Source: Promethearchaeum syntrophicum (lineage in GTDB: Archaea > Asgardarchaeota > Lokiarchaeia > Sigyniarchaeales > Promethearchaeaceae). Taken from it: 32,000 nucleotides of DNA. Each line of letters opens with the position of its first letter. Within the stretch, counting starts at the first letter, position 1. Location of the stretch: NCBI RefSeq assembly GCF_008000775.2, contig NZ_CP042905.2, forward strand, positions 1,140,001-1,172,000, in the 5' to 3' direction. Shown here one piece after another: positions 17,034 through 25,159 of the stretch. The position numbers and the translations under genes are program-made. The notes under the pieces are model-generated. The model worked only from the letters and a program-made list of their open reading frames with translations. It searched no databases and had not been told where the DNA came from.

Positions 17034-17990
17034 ATGATTTCCTTTGACGATATTCAAAATGCTTATGAAAGAATTAAAAAAAATGTCAATCACACCCCAA
17101 TTGTAACTTCCAGAACTTTAAATGACATGACTAAAGCTCAAATATCCCTTAAATGTGAAAATATGCAAAGAGTAGGTGCATTCAAATTTAGAGGTGCGTA
17201 TAATGCCTTAAGCCAATTAAGTGAAGAGGAGAAGGAACGAGGTGTAATTACACATTCAAGTGGAAATCATGCTCAAGCTGTAGCTCTCGCATCGAAAATT
17301 CTCGGAATTCAAGCTACAATTGTAATGCCTAACACGTCCCCTTTGTGTAAAGTAAATGCAACAAGAAAAACGTATGAAGCCAATGTTGTATTTTGTCAAA
17401 ATTCTCAAGATTCAAGACGTCAAACAACTGAAAAATTAATCGAAAAAAACAATTATACTCTTATTCATCCATATGATAACGATAATGTAATTGCGGGAGC
17501 TGGAACCGCAGCTTTGGAATTTTTAAATGAAAAACCTAATTTAGATGTGATAATGGCCCCAGTTGGAGGGGGTGGGTTATTATCGGGTTCTTCAATTGCT
17601 GTTAAAGGATTTAATCCAAAAATTATAGTTTATGGAGCAGAACCATTGAATGCCGATGATGCTTATCGGTCATTCAATTCAGGACAAGTTGAAATTAATG
17701 AAGATCCAGATACCATAGCAGATGGATTGCGAACTACTCTCTGTGAAAGGACTTTACAGATAATAAAGGAGAATGTTGATGAAATTTTCTTAGTAAGTGA
17801 ACAAGAAATTATTGAAGCCATGGAGTTTGTGTGGACAAGAATGAAAATTATTATTGAGCCTTCCAGTGCTGTTCCAATTGCTGCAATTCTGTCTGGAAAA
17901 GTGCCCATTGAAAATAAGAAAGTTGGAATTATAATAAGTGGTGGAAATTTTAATTTATCTGAATTTTTTGATGAATTTAAAAAGTTATAA
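17034..17990 (+). CDS. Fold-type II PLP enzyme, serine racemase / threonine ammonia-lyase family
   Basis: KCENMQRVGAFKFRGAYNAL (PLP lysine), THSSGNHAQAVALAS and APVGGGGLLSG are present. 318 aa with no ACT regulatory domain. Confidence 0.8.
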   Translation: MISFDDIQNAYERIKKNVNHTPIVTSRTLNDMTKAQISLKCENMQRVGAFKFRGAYNALSQLSEEEKERGVITHSSGNHAQAVALASKILGIQATIVMPNTSPLCKVNATRKTYEANVVFCQNSQDSRRQTTEKLIEKNNYTLIHPYDNDNVIAGAGTAALEFLNEKPNLDVIMAPVGGGGLLSGSSIAVKGFNPKIIVYGAEPLNADDAYRSFNSGQVEINEDPDTIADGLRTTLCERTLQIIKENVDEIFLVSEQEIIEAMEFVWTRMKIIIEPSSAVPIAAILSGKVPIENKKVGIIISGGNFNLSEFFDEFKKL

Positions 17991-18019
17991 AATAGTGAAG
18001 ATCTTTTACAATCTAACTC

Positions 18020-18070
18020 CTCAATTTCATCATTGAGATTTTTAATTCGAGTTTTTATTTCTCCTTTTTT
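18020..18070 (+). terminator. Weak hairpin plus T-tracts downstream of the PLP-enzyme gene
   Basis: ctcaat (18020..18025) / attgag (18032..18037) is followed by atttttaattcgagtttttatttctcctttttt. Confidence 0.3.
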
Positions 18071-18112
18071 CCTGAGTTTTAAATATATTTACTCGATAAT
18101 GTTGATAGAGAG

Positions 18113-19378
18113 ATGAACCAAAAAAAATTGAAAAGATCCAAACCAGAACAGAAAGCTGAAGATCCCTACGATCTTAAATTAGAGAACTTTGTCTACGGTG
18201 ATACACCATCCCCCCGACCAGAGAAATATAAAGATCCTTTGCACATCTGGGATTCTATCGATGAAAAAACAGAATTCCTATATATTCACTATTTAAATAA
18301 GATAAAAAAATCTGGCAAATTACTTATTAACGACATCTACCATCAACATCCAAATGCGACTTTAATAAATTTATTCGAATTTCCTCCTAATTCGGTTGAA
18401 AATCTCCGCGATTTCCCAAAAAATTTAACCAATCTTAAAATGTTCGTAATTTACTCGAATAGTATTAAATCTATTCAAGGATTCCCCAAAGATCTTCCGA
18501 ATTTAAAAATTCTCAATTTAAAATCCTCGCAAATTTCTGATTTAACACCTCTTCCTGAAAATTTGCCGTCATTAGAGAGATTTTTTATCAGTAAATGCAA
18601 GATCATATCTCTTAAAGGAATACCCAAAGATTTACCTAAATTAGATAGATTTTTTGTAGATTCGATTCCCATTAAAACCTTAGAAGGAATTCCATCAATT
18701 CTTCCAAATCTTACACACTTGAAAATCAAAAATAATCCTATCAAATCCTTGAAATATCTACCCAAATCTCTACCTTCGGTTGAAAAAATCGAAATTTCAG
18801 GCACAGACATCACAAACCTTCAGTTCATGCCCCAACACATGCCTAAACTCAAGGAAATGATTCTTACCCATAACCACCTCATAACTCTCAAAGGTATGCC
18901 TCCCAATTTACCTTCTCTCACAAATCTGAATCTTCGGAATAATTCTCTTGCACATCTCAAACATTTGCCTAAGGTTGGACATATTGGTTGCATCATAAAT
19001 CTTAAGGATAATTCCATCCGTACCCTTCACGGGCTTGATGACCGATTTCTAAAACAGTTGTTGCATATGGCTAAAAATTTCAACTTATGCCCACAAGGGT
19101 TAAATCTTATTAAAGATCTGCGCCTCCGACATATTACTTTGGAAAAAGTTAATGAAGTAAAAAATTTCTACACAAAATCATCCCATGAGCTCGCCCAACA
19201 ATATGTTACCAACATAAAATCCCTCAATGACTGTGAAATTGACCGGTTAATTTGGGAAGCTGATTTAACTGATCGAAAATTGGTTGAAAATAATGTTCCT
19301 CCCGAAAACCTCGTTCTGAGTGCAATATCTCAGCGTTTAAAGATCCCTTTTAATTCTGATTTTTCTCTCTTAAAATAA
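18113..19378 (+). CDS. Leucine-rich repeat protein (nine exact 23-aa LRRs)
   Basis: Repeats start at aa 101, 124, 147, 170, 193, 216, 239, 262 and 285. Examples are FPKDLPNLKILNLKSSQISDLTP, LPENLPSLERFFISKCKIISLKG and MPPNLPSLTNLNLRNNSLAHLKH. There is no obvious signal peptide or TM segment. Confidence 0.8.
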   Translation: MNQKKLKRSKPEQKAEDPYDLKLENFVYGDTPSPRPEKYKDPLHIWDSIDEKTEFLYIHYLNKIKKSGKLLINDIYHQHPNATLINLFEFPPNSVENLRDFPKNLTNLKMFVIYSNSIKSIQGFPKDLPNLKILNLKSSQISDLTPLPENLPSLERFFISKCKIISLKGIPKDLPKLDRFFVDSIPIKTLEGIPSILPNLTHLKIKNNPIKSLKYLPKSLPSVEKIEISGTDITNLQFMPQHMPKLKEMILTHNHLITLKGMPPNLPSLTNLNLRNNSLAHLKHLPKVGHIGCIINLKDNSIRTLHGLDDRFLKQLLHMAKNFNLCPQGLNLIKDLRLRHITLEKVNEVKNFYTKSSHELAQQYVTNIKSLNDCEIDRLIWEADLTDRKLVENNVPPENLVLSAISQRLKIPFNSDFSLLK

Positions 19379-19413
19379 ATATTAAAAAAATGGGATATTG
19401 TGATAATGATGTT

Positions 19414-21057
19414 TTACATCATACCCGGAGGCATTCCGCCCATACCACCCATACCGCCTGGAGGTCCACCGGAAGATTTTCGGGCTTTAATCATATCATC
19501 TATTCGTAAAATCATGACTGAAAGTTCGGTAGCAGACTTGATTATTTGGTCAATGTTCGCCACTGGCTCAATTACTCCGCTAGCTCGATTATCGACCACT
19601 TTACCTTGATATATTTCCAATCCTGCAAATTCATTACCTGGTTTTGAGTGTTCTCCGCGGAGTTCTGCAATTATATTAATTGGATCTAATCCTGCGTTCT
19701 CAGCTAATGTGATTGGGATAATTTCCAATGCTCTAGCATAAGATTCAATAGCTATCTGCTCTTTACCTGATTGTTTGGAAGCCAAATTCAATAATCTTTG
19801 GGATAATTCCATTTCAACGGCTCCACCACCACCGACTATTGCATTTCTATCGTGAACCGAAGCAATAACACATAAAGCATCATGTAAGGTTCTTTCTGCT
19901 TCATCTAAACCCGCTGTGACTCCCGCTCTTAGCAAAATTGAAACTGCCTTTGGATTTTTACAGCCAGAAATAAAACACAAATCATCTCCTGCGATTTTTT
20001 TAAATTCAACCTTTTTAGCGAATCCTAGGTCTTTTTCTGTCAAACTGTTGATGTTCTCAACGATTTTGCCTCCAATAGCCTTCTGAATCTTTTCAAGATC
20101 AGATTTAGTCACAGATTTAACAGCAACAATGCCATATTTATGTAGGAAATGACTTACCGAATCTTCGATTCCTTTTTGATTGATGACTACATTTGCACCT
20201 GATTCTTTGATTTTCTCTGCATAGTGTTTTAAAATTGATTCTTCTTGATCTAAGAAGTTCTGGATTTCATTTGGATCGCTAATTTTTAAATCACTGGAAA
20301 ATTCAGTTTTCTTTATCTCGAAAGCTTGTGATATTAGAGCAATTTTTGCGTTATCTACGATTTTTAGCATCATTTGGTGAGTTGGTTCTTTTTCTAAGAT
20401 GATTCCATCGATTATTTGAGACTCTTTAATCGACTTTCCCTTCTTCTTGACAATCACGATATTTTTTACCTTTGCCATATTGTTCTTTTCAGATTTGACT
20501 TTTGAAAATGCATCTACGGCAAGATCTGAAAAGAATTCTTTATTTCCACTTATACCTTTACTATTCATAGTAGTTATTGCAATATTTTTTAGGATTTCAC
20601 GGTCTTTACTAGGATCGATACTTACTGCAATTTCATCTTTTAAGATTTCTCGAGCCCTTTTACCTGCTAAAGAATAACCACGAGCGACAATTGAAGGATG
20701 GATTCCTTGACTCATTAATTCATTAGAGACTGTGAGCAATTGACCGGCGATTATAACACTGCTTGTTGTTCCATCACCCACATTTGTATCTTGAGTTTTA
20801 GAAATCGTAACTGCCATTTTTGCACCTGGGTGTTCAACATCTAAATTTTCTAAGATTGTGGCACCATCATTAGTAACGGTTATATCTCCTAATGAATCAA
20901 CTAACATTTTATCCATACCTCTTGGACCGAGGGTGGATTTTACTGCTTCTGCAACTGCTTGAATAGCGACGATGTTTTTCGAACGAGCATCATTCCCTTT
21001 TGTATGTTCGGAGCCCTCTCTAAGTACCAAAATGGGCATTCCGCCGAGTTGTGACAT
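19414..21057 (-). CDS. ths: Thermosome subunit (group II chaperonin)
   Basis: LGPRGMDKMLVD, ITNDGATIL, VGDGTTS and GGGAVEMELS motifs are present. 547 aa with a C-terminal GGPPGGMGGMGGMPPGMM tail. Confidence 0.95.
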   Translation of the reverse strand: MSQLGGMPILVLREGSEHTKGNDARSKNIVAIQAVAEAVKSTLGPRGMDKMLVDSLGDITVTNDGATILENLDVEHPGAKMAVTISKTQDTNVGDGTTSSVIIAGQLLTVSNELMSQGIHPSIVARGYSLAGKRAREILKDEIAVSIDPSKDREILKNIAITTMNSKGISGNKEFFSDLAVDAFSKVKSEKNNMAKVKNIVIVKKKGKSIKESQIIDGIILEKEPTHQMMLKIVDNAKIALISQAFEIKKTEFSSDLKISDPNEIQNFLDQEESILKHYAEKIKESGANVVINQKGIEDSVSHFLHKYGIVAVKSVTKSDLEKIQKAIGGKIVENINSLTEKDLGFAKKVEFKKIAGDDLCFISGCKNPKAVSILLRAGVTAGLDEAERTLHDALCVIASVHDRNAIVGGGGAVEMELSQRLLNLASKQSGKEQIAIESYARALEIIPITLAENAGLDPINIIAELRGEHSKPGNEFAGLEIYQGKVVDNRASGVIEPVANIDQIIKSATELSVMILRIDDMIKARKSSGGPPGGMGGMGGMPPGMM

Positions 21058-21242
21058 GATTTTTCACTTTTTTTGTATATTTTTATTTTTAGAAAATAAA
21101 ATATTAGTATGGAAGTCTAAGTCATGAAAAATATTAAAATTTTCGAAAATAAAAAAAAAACCTATATTACTCAGATACCCAAGAGAAACCCAAGAAAGCA
21201 AAAAAAAATATTATATGAAGAAAAAAAATTTCATTTTATAAT

Positions 21243-21416
21243 TTAATCTATATCAAAACATTCATGCTCATGTCCATGTTCCATATTCAAGTGAACATGG
21301 AGATTTTTGCCATTCAAAATCTTTATATTTTTAAGATCATGACAATTATCATCCATAATGGGATGTTGATGAATTACCTGTTCCTTTTTTCTAACTCGTT
21401 TAAATAAATTTTTCAT
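21243..21416 (-). CDS. Small His-rich hypothetical protein (doubtful)
   Basis: 57 aa counted from the first ATG (the track ORF starts at a TTG at 21476). The C-terminus is HVHLNMEHGHEHECFDID. I see no family resemblance. Confidence 0.25.
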   Translation of the reverse strand: MKNLFKRVRKKEQVIHQHPIMDDNCHDLKNIKILNGKNLHVHLNMEHGHEHECFDID

Positions 21417-21628
21417 ATATAAATTTGAAAATTTGAAGTTATTAAGCCTCTTTGCTTCAATATATAAGTTTTTCAATCAATCCATAAAATAATAATAAGA
21501 AAACTTAAGAAAAATAAAGAACACTACAGAGATTATTGAATGAATTTCAATTTAAAAAATCTATATTACCCACATAGTGTTCATTTTTATATAACAAGAA
21601 TCTAATACAAATTTTAAGAGGTGTTTTT

Positions 21629-21973
21629 TTGGCTCAAATCGAATCAACTCAAATTCAATTCTTATTTCATGAAATAGAATCAAAATGTGAAAAGACGCAA
21701 AATATTTTTGACGAATTCTATTCAGATAAAAAACATGCTTCACTCGAAATCAATTCTATCAACGGAAAAAAAAAATCTGATTACCTAACGATGCAGTATA
21801 CGAAATATTTTGGTCAGGAAACAGGTTCTATTAAACTGATTAATTTTCAAAATGGCGCGATAATTTATCAAGATGGCAAATTAAAATGTGAGATTTCGGA
21901 TTTAAATTTAAGTGAGAAGGAATTTCTAAAAAAAATGCATTCGTTGATGCAACTTAATTTAAAGGTATACTAA
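21629..21973 (+). CDS. Hypothetical protein (TTG start preceded by an SD-like motif)
   Basis: aagaggtg (21616..21623) lies 5 nt upstream of the TTG at 21629. 114 aa, with no recognisable domain. Confidence 0.4.
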   Translation: MAQIESTQIQFLFHEIESKCEKTQNIFDEFYSDKKHASLEINSINGKKKSDYLTMQYTKYFGQETGSIKLINFQNGAIIYQDGKLKCEISDLNLSEKEFLKKMHSLMQLNLKVY

Positions 21974-22081
21974 TCCCTTTATTCATCAAACAGCCTAAAA
22001 TCAGTCCAATTTTTCTTATAGATCCTCTCCGAAGTTTTAATTATAATGAATATTTTCTAAAGATGGAATAGGATTTTACTT

Positions 22082-22852
22082 ATGAGTGAATATATTATTC
22101 TCTTTGCTGTTTTTATCTCATCCTTTATATATGGATTAATTGGTTTTGGAGACGCACTTATTTTAATTCCCATTCTAACTCTTTTCATTAACATTCAGTC
22201 TGCTGTTGTCTTGGTGAATTTTTGGGGTGTTGTCCCGAGTTTATTAAATTTAATCCATTATTTCAAATTCATCGACAAGAAATTTTTTATTCGGGGGGTT
22301 ATTACGGGAATCCCTGGAGTTCTGGTTGGGACGTTATTAATAGTTATATTGCCACTACGATGGATTGAATTAACTTTAGGATTGTTTGTTTTAGTGTATT
22401 CTACACTTAACATGGTGAAATATCTAAGTAAAAAGAAGCATGGAGAAAAAAAAATCGAAAAATTTGATGACTTAAAACTTCCAAATTCTGTCTTAATAGT
22501 AGGAGGATTTTCATATGGCTTCTTTGGAGCACTCATAGGCGCAGCAGGACCCATAAATATAGCTTTATTAGAAAACACAGGACATTATCGAGAAGAATTC
22601 ATTGGAAATTTTGCGGCGATTTCTACAGTTTTTGGCTTAATTAGGATTCCTATATATCTCACTCAACAGATATTCCCAACAGAATATCTATTAGCATTTT
22701 TTATTGCGATTCCAGTTATTTTTTTCGCTACAAAAATCGGACATTGGATTACTCCAAAAATTCCAGTACAATCCTTTCAATTAATTATTCACATAATGTT
22801 ATTTATTAGTTCGATACGAACAATTCTAATGACTACTATATTTTATGAGTAA
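22082..22852 (+). CDS. TauE/SafE (TSUP) family anion exporter, membrane protein
   Basis: 256 aa with about 7-8 hydrophobic helices. The N-terminus GLIGFGDALILIPILTLF is typical of the family, and the two halves look internally duplicated. Confidence 0.75.
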   Translation: MSEYIILFAVFISSFIYGLIGFGDALILIPILTLFINIQSAVVLVNFWGVVPSLLNLIHYFKFIDKKFFIRGVITGIPGVLVGTLLIVILPLRWIELTLGLFVLVYSTLNMVKYLSKKKHGEKKIEKFDDLKLPNSVLIVGGFSYGFFGALIGAAGPINIALLENTGHYREEFIGNFAAISTVFGLIRIPIYLTQQIFPTEYLLAFFIAIPVIFFATKIGHWITPKIPVQSFQLIIHIMLFISSIRTILMTTIFYE

Positions 22853-22867
22853 TCGTGATTTTTTTAA

Positions 22868-23584
22868 TTATAGTTCTAATTTAAAATAAAGCCTGCGATT
22901 ATTTTTTCCCTTATTTTGAATTTTTTGTATTGAAATTTTCCCTATTTCTCCTAAATGGGAAACGTGACAGCCCCCGTCAGGTTGTTTATCAAAGCTTTTA
23001 ATATCTACAATACGAACATGTTTTATATTTTTGGGCAACTCCATATTCAATTTCATTAGAGTAGAATCTTGTTCCATTTCATCTCGTGTAATATAATAAG
23101 TTTCTACTGAAAGATCTGAGCTAATAATTTCATTTGAGCGCTCAACGAATTTCTCCACAAGTTCTCTGTCAAAATTGGGAAAATTAAAATCAATTCTACC
23201 CTTTCCCATAGTCAAATTATTACCGGTTACTTTTACATTTCCTTCATTAAAAAATACTCCACTCAACACGTGGGCAGCAGTATGGTATCTCATTAATTCA
23301 AACCTTCTCTTCCAATCAAGAATGCCTAAAATTTTATCTCCAGTTTTCAATCCTAATTCGTCAACTTCATGAAATATTTCATTTTCTATTTTTCGAACAA
23401 AAATGACCTTGAATTCCTTATTATCCGATAATCTCCTGAATATTCCTAAATCATTATCAACACCCCCGGATTTAGGATAAAAAGCTGTTTGGTTTATTAC
23501 GATAAATTTTCCTTCTGATACGCTTTCAACCACTCCTTCAAATTCTTTTAAATTCATGTCTTGTAAATATAATATTTTCGTCAT
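22868..23584 (-). CDS. alaX: Alanyl-tRNA editing protein AlaX (AlaX-M type)
   Basis: HTAAHVLSG (HxxxH zinc motif) and DGGCHVSHLGEIG (CxxxH motif) are present. 238 aa. Confidence 0.85.
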   Translation of the reverse strand: MTKILYLQDMNLKEFEGVVESVSEGKFIVINQTAFYPKSGGVDNDLGIFRRLSDNKEFKVIFVRKIENEIFHEVDELGLKTGDKILGILDWKRRFELMRYHTAAHVLSGVFFNEGNVKVTGNNLTMGKGRIDFNFPNFDRELVEKFVERSNEIISSDLSVETYYITRDEMEQDSTLMKLNMELPKNIKHVRIVDIKSFDKQPDGGCHVSHLGEIGKISIQKIQNKGKNNRRLYFKLEL

Positions 23585-23672
23585 CTAAATCGATTTTATA
23601 TAATTTATATATCTTAATAAAAATTATCAGAGAAGGAAATAAAAGAAATTAAACGAAAATAAAAAATATTGA

Positions 23673-24569
23673 TTAAACTTGGTAATTCCATTCAAATTTT
23701 TTTGCGACAAGTCGCTGAATTTGCGAAATTAAAACGATTAAGGTTAAAATGCTAATAGGTAGAATTATATATATCAAATTTACTAAATCAAATAATGTTA
23801 AGATAACTAAAGTGGTTAAACTGGCTGCACCGCCTATAAACGACCATAAATTAATCAAAGGAGAAAAATATTTTTCAAAAACTTGCTCCTTTTCAATTTT
23901 TGATAAATAATGTCTGTCAATTGATGAATACATAGGAGAAGAAATATCTGGAAATTTGGTTAAATATTTAAATAAATTCTCTGGCTTGTTTAGAACTTTT
24001 TTTAAAAGAACAATCAATTTTGAAGATGATTTTTTAGAAAGTTTTTCGACCGCTTCTTTCTTTCCAGACAAAGCATTTAGATATTGAGATTTCGCTTTTT
24101 CAAACATAAGTTCTCCGATTGCTACAGAAATCGCCATTAAGATATAAAAAAGATAATATATTGAATTATTTTCTAATTGTGCCATAGAAAATGCCATACT
24201 AAGAGTCATTAATATAAAACCTATAATATCAGCATAGAAATCGTATTGTCCACCAAATTTTGAGAATTGATTTGTAAGCCTTGCAAGGCTACCGTCTACG
24301 CAATCTAATGTTTGTTTTACAAAAAGAAGAATGGCTGCCCAATATATCATACTTTGTGAGTAAAAATAGGCTGAAATTAACATAGTTATTAGTGATAATG
24401 TTGTAAAAAAATTAGGAGTGAGTTTAAGCTTTTTACCCAATAAAACCAACGGGAATCCCAAAGGTCGATAAAGAACTGAATTTATCACCTCACTAACTTT
24501 CTTGGTTGTTTTCTTATAATCCACTGATATACCAATCAAAGACTCGTTTAATTGAACCGTTAGCGCCAT
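23673..24569 (-). CDS. CDP-alcohol phosphatidyltransferase family membrane protein
   Basis: The complete signature D-x2-DG-x2-AR-x8-G-x3-D-x3-D is present as DCVDGSLARLTNQFSKFGGQYDFYAD (about 24228..24305). Multiple TM helices. Confidence 0.8.
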   Translation of the reverse strand: MALTVQLNESLIGISVDYKKTTKKVSEVINSVLYRPLGFPLVLLGKKLKLTPNFFTTLSLITMLISAYFYSQSMIYWAAILLFVKQTLDCVDGSLARLTNQFSKFGGQYDFYADIIGFILMTLSMAFSMAQLENNSIYYLFYILMAISVAIGELMFEKAKSQYLNALSGKKEAVEKLSKKSSSKLIVLLKKVLNKPENLFKYLTKFPDISSPMYSSIDRHYLSKIEKEQVFEKYFSPLINLWSFIGGAASLTTLVILTLFDLVNLIYIILPISILTLIVLISQIQRLVAKKFEWNYQV

Positions 24570-24817
24570 ACTAAATCACATAATCTTAACTTTCTAAAAA
24601 TTCTAATTAATTAAATATAGATTTGATTAAATAAATATTATTTGTTCTAAATTTTGAATAATGTTAGACTAATTAAAATGAATTTCTAATGTATTATTTA
24701 TATCTTTGTTGTAAATTTTTTAAAAAATTTTCCGAATTACTAAGGTTTTTCTTCATAATACCGATTAATTATTTTAGATTAAATGTAAAACGCTATAATC
24801 ATAATAATGGGATTTAA

Positions 24818-25138
24818 ATGAGTGAAATAACCAAATTTGTCGGAAAATCAAATTATGCTTTTGAAACAATGCTCCAAAAAATTTCCTCAATAACCAAAGT
24901 AAGTCCTGTGCTTCTTAAAAATTACGGAATTGCTTCGTTTAATGAATGGCAAAAGAAAACTGGATTGACAGTAAATTCTTTATCAAATATGAAACCAGAA
25001 GACAGATGTTCTCATATATATGATATGCTCGATTTGTTTAGAAATCGATTAGAAACCATAATCTATTCGGTTAAGGATCTTGACAAGTCTTTGTCAATTG
25101 CAAATATTACATACGAGATAATTTTTGGAAATCATTAA
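24818..25138 (+). CDS. Hypothetical protein
   Basis: 106-aa ORF with an ATG start and non-repetitive composition. I recognise no family. Confidence 0.4.
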   Translation: MSEITKFVGKSNYAFETMLQKISSITKVSPVLLKNYGIASFNEWQKKTGLTVNSLSNMKPEDRCSHIYDMLDLFRNRLETIIYSVKDLDKSLSIANITYEIIFGNH

Positions 25139-25147
25139 AAAAAAAAA
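25137..25147 (-). terminator. Oligo-T tract (T11 on the minus strand) downstream of glpK
   Basis: An A11 run on the plus strand lies 13-23 nt beyond the glpK stop at 25160. Archaeal termination typically occurs at oligo-T. Confidence 0.3.
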
Positions 25148-25159
25148 CAGAAATCTGAA

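Noticed and set aside
19400-19609. Plus-strand ORF with a proline-rich PGGIPPIPPIPPGGPP motif
   Set aside because: It is the mirror image of the thermosome GGM tail codons on the opposite strand. The same reasoning applies to 20447..20677, 17663..17908, 18475..19017, 22258..22578, 23175..23372, 26406..26738, 26452..26649, 27108..27323 and 29621..29815 within their host genes.
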